Origin: Thermodesulfovibrionales bacterium
GTDB lineage: Bacteria; Nitrospirota; Thermodesulfovibrionia; Thermodesulfovibrionales; SM23-35
Assembly (NCBI GenBank): GCA_963715195.1
Contig: CAVQRT010000031.1
Span: forward strand, 96,001-160,000
Direction: 5' to 3'
Length of the DNA: 64,000 bases
The notes under the pieces were generated by a model. That model was not told the origin of the DNA. It did no database searches and saw nothing but the letters and a program-made list of their open reading frames with translations. Within the stretch, counting starts at the first letter, position 1. Every line of letters starts with the position of its first letter. Positions 39,290 to 48,150 of this stretch are shown piece after piece. Position numbers and translations under genes: made by a program.

Positions 39290-39726
39290 AGCTGCACGAA
39301 TTAAAACCTGATGCCGGAAGCAAAAAAAAGCCCAAGAGAGTTGGCAGAGGCATTGGTTCCGGTCACGGGAAAACTTCATGCAAGGGCCATAAAGGACAGA
39401 AAGCCCGTTCGGGAGGACCCAAAGGGCCCGCGTTTGAAGGCGGCCAGATGCCGCTCCAGCGAAGGATTCCCAAGAGAGGGTTCAAGAACCGCTTTGCTCT
39501 CGAGTTTGCAATTCTCAATCTCAAGGATATCGACGCCCTTGAAGGCATGGACGTGATCACCCCTGAAGCGCTTCTTAAAAAAGGCATTATCAAAGATGTA
39601 AAATGCGGACTCAAAATCCTTGGTGAAGGTGACATACAAAGACCGGTTACGATCAGGGCAGACGCTTTTAGTGCTTCTGCATTAGCCAAGATAGCCGCTG
39701 CGGGTGGCAAAGCAGAGGTAATCTGA
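39286..39726 (+). CDS. rplO: 50S ribosomal protein L15
   Basis: RVGRGIGSG and FEGGQMPL motifs. Confidence 0.98.
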   Translation: MKLHELKPDAGSKKKPKRVGRGIGSGHGKTSCKGHKGQKARSGGPKGPAFEGGQMPLQRRIPKRGFKNRFALEFAILNLKDIDALEGMDVITPEALLKKGIIKDVKCGLKILGEGDIQRPVTIRADAFSASALAKIAAAGGKAEVI

Positions 39727-39729
39727 CCC

Positions 39730-41036
39730 TTGGGCATTCTATCAAGCTTCCAGAATATCTTCAAAATAGCGGAACTTAAAAAAAGAGTATTATTCACCCT
39801 TGTCCTTCTCGCTGTCTACAGGATAGGAGCTCATATCCCGACTCCCGGAATTAATGGAGAGGAACTGAGCAGATTCCTGACTGAGAAAGCCGGAGCACTC
39901 ATGGGATTTTTTCGATATGTTCTCCGGCGGTGCTCTCTCCAGGGTGACTATTTTTGCGCTTGGTATCATGCCTTATATCAGTGCATCGATTATTTTCCAG
40001 CTCCTGACTGTTGTTATTCCTGCCATCGGCAAACTTGCAAAAGAAGGTGAGGCGGGAAGAAAGAAGATTACCGGTATACACGATATGCGACCGTTGTTAA
40101 TCAGTGCGTATTCAGTCGTTTGGTATTGCAGCTGGCCTTGAAAGCATGTCAGGAGGTGCATTTGTGCAGAATCCAGGATGGTCATTCAGATTGCTGACCA
40201 TGATTACCCTGACTTCAGGGACGGCTTTCATGATGTGGCTTGGTGAGCAGATTACCGAAAGAGGAATCGGAAACGGTATCTCGCTGATTATCTTTGCCGG
40301 AATTGTTGCGCGGTTTCCCAATGCAATAATCAGCACCAGCCGACTCTTGCAGGCAGGAGAGCTTTCAATCTTTTTTGTTATCTTCCTGGTTATTATGATG
40401 GTGGCTATAATTGCTGGGATTATCTTCATGGAGAGGGGGCAGAGAAAGATTCCTGTGCAATATGCCAAAAGGGTTGTTGGCCGCAAGGTTTACGGTGGCC
40501 AATCGACACACCTCCCATTAAAAATCAATACCTCAGGTGTAATACCCCCGATATTTGCCTCATCAATCATTATGTTTCCCGCAACCGTAGCCGGTTTTAT
40601 TGCAGTTCCATGGGTTCAGGCATTCGCGAGACAACTTTCACCAGGGACGGTGCTCTATACAACTCTCTATGTCGGCATGATTTTCTTTTTTGCCTACTTT
40701 TATACAGCAATTATTTTCAATCCTGTTGACATCGCGGATAATCTTAAGAAATATGGCGGATATATTCCTGGTATCAGACCGGGGCAGAAGACTTCAGAGT
40801 ATATCTACAGGGTTTTGTCCCGGCTGACATTTGTGGGAGCCCTTTATCTTGGAGCGGTCTGCATTATCCCGGAAATCCTTATACAGAGGTTTAATGTGCC
40901 ATTCTATTTCGGCGGAACATCTCTCCTTATCGCAGTGGGTGTTGCCCTTGATACGGTCTCGCAGATCGAGTCTCATTTGGTCACCCGTTCATATGAGGGA
41001 TTTCTCAAAAAGGGAAGGATCAGGGGAAGAAAGTAA
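39730..41036 (+). CDS. secY: Preprotein translocase SecY, interrupted by several indels (probable sequencing errors)
   Basis: Three overlapping ORFs carry consecutive SecY segments ([56 protein letters not shown]). Confidence 0.93.
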
Positions 41037-41084
41037 GGCGTAGAATCCACGGTGCTGAACGAGTGGAACTGAACGTGTGGTGCA

Positions 41085-41843
41085 ATGATTATATTGAAGT
41101 CTGCGGAGGAGATAGAAAAAATTGCTCAGTCATGTCTTATCGTTGCAAAGGCACTTGATTCTTTGAGGAATATGGTCATCCCCGGTGTCGCAACAAAAAC
41201 TTTGGAGCAGTTTGCCGACACGTATATCCGGTCGAATAACGCCGTTCCGGCTTTTAAGGGATACCGCGGTTACCCCGCCAGTATCTGCACATCGGTCAAC
41301 AATGAGGTTATTCACGGCATCCCCTCAGACAGGGTCCTCGAGGAAGGTGATATCATCGGAATTGATCTCGGTGTGTATAAAGACGGTTTTTACGGCGATG
41401 CAGCCTGCACATTTGGTGTCGGGCAGATAACCCCGGAGGCAGAAAAGCTTTTGAGGGTTACGGAAGAATCGCTGTACCTCGGGATAGAGAATGCAAAAAA
41501 AGCTCACAGAGTCTCAGATATTTCATGCGCCATTCAGGAGCATATTGAATCTAACGGATTCTCTGTGGTAAAGGCATTTGTCGGGCACGGGATAGGCCGG
41601 TCACTTCATGAGGATCCGCAAGTGCCGAATTTCGGTCAGCGTGGGCTCGGGCCAAGACTCAGTCCGGGCATGACAATAGCTATAGAGCCGATGGTTAACA
41701 CCGGTGGATATGAGGTTGTGGTTCTTGAGGATGGCTGGACTGCTGTAACATTGGACGGAACACTGTCTGCTCATTTTGAACATACAATCCTTGTGACGGA
41801 AGATCAGCCGAGAATATTGACTAAAATCGACGAAAAAGAATAA
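41085..41843 (+). CDS. map: Methionine aminopeptidase type I
   Basis: CTSVNNEVIHGIP, GHGIG, IEPM and SAHFEHT motifs. Confidence 0.97.
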   Translation: MIILKSAEEIEKIAQSCLIVAKALDSLRNMVIPGVATKTLEQFADTYIRSNNAVPAFKGYRGYPASICTSVNNEVIHGIPSDRVLEEGDIIGIDLGVYKDGFYGDAACTFGVGQITPEAEKLLRVTEESLYLGIENAKKAHRVSDISCAIQEHIESNGFSVVKAFVGHGIGRSLHEDPQVPNFGQRGLGPRLSPGMTIAIEPMVNTGGYEVVVLEDGWTAVTLDGTLSAHFEHTILVTEDQPRILTKIDEKE

Positions 41844-41855
41844 ACTATTCAGCTA

Positions 41856-42074
41856 ATGCCAAAAGAAGACAGCATAGAAGTGGAAGGGAAAATCATTGAA
41901 CCCCTCCCGAACGCAATGTTCAAGGTTGAGCTTGAAAATGGGCAGATAGTCCTCGCATATGTTTCGGGAAAAATGAGGATGCACTTTATCAAGATTCTTC
42001 CTGGTGATAGGGTAACGGTGGAACTTTCTCCTTACGACCTTACCAAGGGAAGAATTACGTATAGATTTAAATAG
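41856..42074 (+). CDS. infA: Translation initiation factor IF-1
   Basis: LPNAMF, SGKMR and [10 protein letters not shown] motifs. Confidence 0.98.
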   Translation: MPKEDSIEVEGKIIEPLPNAMFKVELENGQIVLAYVSGKMRMHFIKILPGDRVTVELSPYDLTKGRITYRFK

Positions 42075-42118
42075 CGCTGCAAAAACGATATGTTGCCAGT
42101 GGAAAGAGAGAGAGCATC

Positions 42119-42232
42119 ATGAAAGTTCGTTCTTCAGTCAGGCCGATCTGTGCGAAATGCAAGATCGTAAAAAGAAAGGGTATTATCCGGGTTATCTGTG
42201 AGAACCCGCGACATAAGCAGAAACAGGGATAG
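42119..42232 (+). CDS. rpmJ: 50S ribosomal protein L36
   Basis: Manual translation [37 protein letters not shown]; not in the ORF track. Confidence 0.97.
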   Translation: MKVRSSVRPICAKCKIVKRKGIIRVICENPRHKQKQG

Positions 42233-42280
42233 GGAAGCAGGGACATGTCAAGAATTCTGAAGACTCCAAGGGGGTAAAAG

Positions 42281-42655
42281 GTGGCGAGAATTGCCGGAGT
42301 AGATTTGCCGAAAAATGAGCGTGTCGAAATCGGCTTAACAAGAATTTTCGGCATTGGAAGGACTCTGTCACAGAAGATTTTATCTGAGACGAATATCAAT
42401 CCCAATACACGGGTCAAGGACCTGACGAATGAGGAGATAGTAAAAATCAGGAGCGTGTTAGAACGGGATTACAGGGTTGAGGGCGATCTCAGGCGCGACA
42501 TATCTATGGGCATCAAGAGGCTGGTAGATATCGGAAGTTACCGGGGGACGAGACACCGTTTTGGTCTGCCTGTAAGAGGTCAGAGGACAAAAACCAATGC
42601 GCGGACGCGGAAAGGTCCGAGAAAAGCTGTGATGGGTAAAAGGAAAGAGGCGTAA
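42281..42655 (+). CDS. rpsM: 30S ribosomal protein S13
   Basis: ARIAGV and [17 protein letters not shown] motifs. Confidence 0.98.
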   Translation: MARIAGVDLPKNERVEIGLTRIFGIGRTLSQKILSETNINPNTRVKDLTNEEIVKIRSVLERDYRVEGDLRRDISMGIKRLVDIGSYRGTRHRFGLPVRGQRTKTNARTRKGPRKAVMGKRKEA

Positions 42656-42658
42656 AGC

Positions 42659-43045
42659 ATGGCTCAGAGAAAAAAAGGCGTCAAGAGAGAAAAGAAGAAT
42701 ATCCCATACGGAGCAGCACATATCCAGGCTACGTTCAACAATACCATCATTACCATTACCGATCCGAACGGCGGCGTGATTACCTGGGCGAGTGCAGGCA
42801 ATTTGGGATTTAAAGGTTCGCGGAAAAGTACCCCGTACGCTGCACAGATGGCAGCAGCAGCGGCAGCAAAAAAAGCTATCGATTTCGGGATGAAACAGGT
42901 TGATATTTATGTGAGAGGACCGGGTGCAGGGAGAGAATCCGCGATACGGGCCCTCCAGGCTACCGGCCTTGAGATTAATCTCATCAAAGATGTGACTCCT
43001 GTCCCTCATAACGGCTGCAGGCCCCCGAAAAGGAGGAGGGTGTAA
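42659..43045 (+). CDS. rpsK: 30S ribosomal protein S11
   Basis: TFNNT, KSTPYAA and [13 protein letters not shown] motifs. Confidence 0.98.
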   Translation: MAQRKKGVKREKKNIPYGAAHIQATFNNTIITITDPNGGVITWASAGNLGFKGSRKSTPYAAQMAAAAAAKKAIDFGMKQVDIYVRGPGAGRESAIRALQATGLEINLIKDVTPVPHNGCRPPKRRRV

Positions 43046-43047
43046 CC

Positions 43048-43674
43048 ATGGCGCGGTATATCGGGGCATTGTGCAGGATTTGCCGAAGGGAGGGAGAAAA
43101 GCTCTTTCTCAAAGGCGATAGGTGTTATTCGGAGAAATGTGCCGTTGAGCGAAGAAAGTATCCGCCCGGACAACATGGCCAGGGATTCCGGAAACTGTCT
43201 GACTACGGTATTCAGCTCCGGGAAAAGCAGAAAGTAAGGAAAATGTACGGACTGCTGGAAAGACAGTTCAGGAAATATTTTTATAACGCAGAACGAAAAA
43301 AAGGCATTACCGGCGAGGTGCTCATTCAGATGATCGAAAGCCGCCTTGATTCGATGGTTTTCCGGATGGGATTCGCGCCAAACAGGCGCAGGGCTCGTCA
43401 GATACTGCGTCACGGTCATATTATCGTAAACGGGAGGGAAGTCAATATCCCCTCGTATGAGACAAAGGCCGGGGATATTATTGAAGTGAAAGAAGCGAGC
43501 AGAGGCATAACTGAAATTGTTGAGAGTCTTTCGAAATCTGAGCACAGGGGGATGCCGGGCTGGGTCGAAGTTGAAACCGCTCACTTCCGGGGCAAAGTTT
43601 TACACATTCCAGCTCGGGACGAGATTCAGCTTCCTGTTCAGGAACAGCTCATAGTCGAACTCTATTCCAAGTAA
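43048..43674 (+). CDS. rpsD: 30S ribosomal protein S4
   Basis: CRICRREG, QLREKQK, ESRLD and IVELYSK motifs. Confidence 0.98.
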   Translation: MARYIGALCRICRREGEKLFLKGDRCYSEKCAVERRKYPPGQHGQGFRKLSDYGIQLREKQKVRKMYGLLERQFRKYFYNAERKKGITGEVLIQMIESRLDSMVFRMGFAPNRRRARQILRHGHIIVNGREVNIPSYETKAGDIIEVKEASRGITEIVESLSKSEHRGMPGWVEVETAHFRGKVLHIPARDEIQLPVQEQLIVELYSK

Positions 43675-43786
43675 TTTTAGACCATATTATTAAGAGTGAT
43701 GAAGGATACACAAAGGAATCAGTGAACAATTTCCTTTTTCCTCTTGCTTGTATTGTATTGCTAATTTCAGAAGTGGAGGAGGCCTT

Positions 43787-44839
43787 ATGGACCTGAAAAA
43801 AATAGGCTTTCAGTTCCCGGAAACCATATATTTCGACGAGGAAACATTAACCGACACATACGGAAAACTGATTGCAGAGCCTTTGGAACGGGGGTATGGT
43901 ACAACCCTGGGAAATGCACTGCGAAGGGTTTTGCTCTCTTCTATTGAGGGTGCGGCTGTAACCGCAGTGAAGATACCGGGCGCCCTTCATGAGTTTTCAA
44001 CAATTAAGGGTGTTAAGGAAGACGTGGTTGACATCGTACTCAATATCAAAAAGCTCAGATTCAAGCTGTATGTGAACGGGAGGAAGATTGTCAGCGTAAA
44101 AGGCAAGGGTCCGAAACGCATAAGCGGTGAAGACATTCAGTGCGATGCATCGGTCGAAATCCTTAATCCGGAACAGGTTATCGCAACTCTGGACAAGGGT
44201 GCCACCTTTGAAGCGGAGATGTATATCAAAAAGGGCAAAGGATATGCCCTGGCTGAGATCAATAAGGAGGAAGACCTCCCGATTAACATGATTGCTGTTG
44301 ATTCCGTCTTTACGCCGATCCTAAAGGTCAATTTTGTTGTTGAGAAAGCCCGCGTAGGCAGGGCAACGGACTACGACCGCCTTATCATGGAGATATGGAC
44401 CGACGGCAGCGTAACCCCTGAAAAAGCAATTTCTCAGGCGGCTGCAATTCTTATTGAACACCTGAACCTCTTTATTCTGGAGGAAGCAGAAGAGGAAGTA
44501 GAGTTCTCCCCTGTTACGGAGGGCGATACAGAGCATCTGATGAATGATGAGCCGATATTCAACAGCAACCTTCTCAAGAGCGTTGAAGAACTTGAGCTTT
44601 CTGTCAGGTCGTACAATTGTCTGAAGAACGCGAACATTAAAACCATTGCTGATCTTGTCCAGAAGACCGAACAGGAGATGTTGCGGACAAAGAATTTCGG
44701 GCGCAAGTCACTCAATGAAATTAAAGAAATATTGACGACGATGGGCCTTCGCCTCGGGATGAGGGTTGACCTTGAAGCTCTCAACAGGGAAGTTGTGTTA
44801 CAGACTGGAGGGATAGAACAAGATGCGACACAGAGTTGA
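43787..44839 (+). CDS. rpoA: RNA polymerase alpha subunit
   Basis: EPLERGYGTTLGNALRR, LSVRSYNCL and NFGRKSL motifs. Confidence 0.98.
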   Translation: MDLKKIGFQFPETIYFDEETLTDTYGKLIAEPLERGYGTTLGNALRRVLLSSIEGAAVTAVKIPGALHEFSTIKGVKEDVVDIVLNIKKLRFKLYVNGRKIVSVKGKGPKRISGEDIQCDASVEILNPEQVIATLDKGATFEAEMYIKKGKGYALAEINKEEDLPINMIAVDSVFTPILKVNFVVEKARVGRATDYDRLIMEIWTDGSVTPEKAISQAAAILIEHLNLFILEEAEEEVEFSPVTEGDTEHLMNDEPIFNSNLLKSVEELELSVRSYNCLKNANIKTIADLVQKTEQEMLRTKNFGRKSLNEIKEILTTMGLRLGMRVDLEALNREVVLQTGGIEQDATQS

Positions 44840-45251
44840 CGGAAGGCTGTTCGGGAGAACCGCAAATCAGAGGAAGGCCCTTCTGAGAGGACTGGTCACT
44901 GCTCTTTTTGAACATGAAAGAATCGAGACAACGTTGGCAAAGGCGAAAGAGGTGAGGCGGGTTGCTGAGAAGATGATTACCCTCGGCCTGAAAGGCGATC
45001 TGCACGCAAAACGGCTTGCCTTTTCCTATCTTTCAAACAGGGCATCACTCGCTAAACTGTTCGGTGAAATTGCCCCGAGGTTTTCGGGAAGGAACGGCGG
45101 GTACCTGAGAATTATTCAGACGAGGAGCAGAGTGAACGATTCTGCCCACATGGCCGTACTTGAGTTTATTGATTTTGAGGAGACGAGAAAGAAAAAGGAA
45201 TCGACAAAGAAGAAGACCGGGGAAAAAGAGACAGAGAAAGCTTCATCGTAA
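44823..45251 (+). CDS. rplQ: 50S ribosomal protein L17
   Basis: MRHR, IETTLAKAKE and RNGGYLRI motifs. Confidence 0.97.
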   Translation: MRHRVDGRLFGRTANQRKALLRGLVTALFEHERIETTLAKAKEVRRVAEKMITLGLKGDLHAKRLAFSYLSNRASLAKLFGEIAPRFSGRNGGYLRIIQTRSRVNDSAHMAVLEFIDFEETRKKKESTKKKTGEKETEKASS

Positions 45252-45283
45252 ACACACAGGTAATATTCATTTATAGGGGAAAT

Positions 45284-45315
45284 AAAAAGACAGGACCGTT
45301 AATCCTGTTTTTTTT
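45284..45315 (+). terminator. Intrinsic terminator of the alpha operon
   Basis: acagga-ccgttaa-tcctgt hairpin followed by a T-run and preceded by an A-run. Confidence 0.7.
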
Positions 45316-45513
45316 AGCCGAAAAGTGTAGACATTGTTCAGATAATTATTTAACTCGATGATTTGATTAAACTATCCATCATCGCTCTCTGCATAAAAAT
45401 ATTCATCAATCCATCAATCCAAGGTACACTATGGTATCGAAAAATAATTTTTTTCACAACATCCACACTTTGCAGATGCATTTTTCGGTTTGATGGAGTG
45501 TGATGGAGACTGA

Positions 45514-46817
<1,304 letters not shown>

Positions 46818-46837
<20 letters not shown>

Positions 46838-47252
46838 TACCTTCGAGTCTCCTGAGGAGAGCGGGAATTCCTTCGATATCCTTGATTTCCTTCTGGCAGA
46901 GAATCCTGAGAATTTCTCTGAACGAAGAGAACTCTTCCCACAGGCCTTTCAGGTTATGAGAAAGAATCCTATTGAGATCTTCACCCTTCCTGTCCCAGTC
47001 GAGGAGAAGAATTACCCTGCCGTATCTTCCGGCGACATCATCGCAAAAATCATACATGTTCTGGCCGTTATGAAGGACGATAATATCTCCCATGAGGCCA
47101 AGACTTTTCAGGGCAGAAGCATCTTTTTTCCCCTCGACAATAACCGGTACGGTCTTATTCAGCTCCTGCAGGTCTTCGAATACTCCTCTCAGGCGTGCAG
47201 ACCGCTCTGTATCAGTTATCGACGGCATTTTCTTCTGTCTGTTCAATGACAC
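46818..47252 (-). CDS. Stand-alone TOPRIM-domain protein (RNase M5/small primase-like)
   Basis: VIVEGKKD and LLLDWDRKGE TOPRIM motifs. Confidence 0.8.
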
Positions 47253-47462
47253 TAAGATGCTCTCTGATATATTTTCTTGTTCTTATCGTAACATTTTTCA
47301 AAAAATATATAGGTTGCCTAATTTCAATTATGGGTATGCTTCTCCATCCGGGTTCTTCATTCACTCTCTGCCCGGCGAGATTTCCTCAAGTATAGAAAAA
47401 TTCATTGACTTCCGGCCGTCTTAGTGAGAAAATCAATGGAATAATTTACAAGGAGGTTTTTT

Positions 47463-47864
47463 ATGGATCAGAAAGGCTTCAAAAAAATTCTTGCGGGATT
47501 AAGCATCACCGCTCTTGTTACCGGAGTAACCCTTGCAGGGGTTGGATACCCTGAGCCTGCGCAGGCAGCTTGAGCCGGGAGCAAAGGTTCTGGAGGAACC
47601 GAAGCAGTTGCGGAAAAGGCTTCATCTGTTGGGGATGTTGCACGGGGAAAACAACTTTTTTCAGACCCCACATTAGGCGGGAGTAAGAATGATAAGAGCT
47701 GCAATACCTGTCACCCGGACGGGAAGGGTCTTGAAAAAGCCGGAGCAGCTAGTGGGAGTGCCATTCAGGCATGCATAGAGAAGGCTCTGGAAGGAAAACC
47801 CCTGGCCGCCGATTCCCAGGAGTTGAAGGATCTCGTTGCATACATGGCATCGTTAAAAAAATAG
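47463..47864 (+). CDS. Putative selenocysteine-containing secreted monoheme cytochrome c with an SbtA-like N-terminus (133 aa, U37)
   Basis: AAGGAGG RBS; MDQKGFKKILAGLSITALVTGVTLAGVGYPEPAQAA, TGA at 47571, then in frame AGSKGSGG...RGKQLFSDPTLG...SCNTCHPDG...ACIEKALEGKPL...DLVAYMASLKK, TAG. Confidence 0.75.
47581..47605 (+). promoter_or_regulatory. Candidate bacterial SECIS hairpin
   Basis: GC-AAA-GGUUCU-GGA-GGAACC-GAA-GC; upper stem starts 13 nt after the UGA and the apical loop contains G. Confidence 0.55.
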
Positions 47865-47873
47865 CATCGTTGT

Positions 47874-47900
47874 GCGCACGGGGAATAACTCCCCGTGCGT
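47874..47900 (+). terminator. Strong hairpin just after the cytochrome gene
   Basis: gcgcacgggga-ataac-tccccgtgcgt; no clear U-tail. Confidence 0.55.
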
Positions 47901-48150
47901 ACACCTTACAGCAACCCGTTTTCTCACAATGCACTCTGCCGAACGGTAATTCCGCTGCGACCCATTATAAAATGGGGACATATCCTGTATTTGATGACGT
48001 TCTACAATACTCCGATGAAATCCTGCGTGCCGCTCTTGCACGTGCTGTTACCGCGGCTTTTTCCCATCGTGGTGTTCAGAGGGAGAGCACTAAGGAAGCA
48101 GTCTGTGCTGTGAATGCTGCAAAGGTCTGCAAAGCATAGTAATATAAAAC

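Noticed and set aside
26565..39732. Frequent TTG/GTG starts (rpsL, fusA, rpsJ, rpsS, rpsC, rplR, rpsE, secY)
   Set aside because: Real, but ordinary for ribosomal operons.
45350..45420. Short ATCAATCC octamer repeats after the rplQ terminator
   Set aside because: Only two or three degenerate copies; too weak to call separately.
47468..48139. Track ORFs 47468-47704 (-), 47749-47934 (-), 47771-48139 (+), 47853-48041 (-) and 47895-48113 (+)
   Set aside because: No recognisable motifs or RBS; most are shadows of the UGA-containing cytochrome gene or run through its downstream hairpin.
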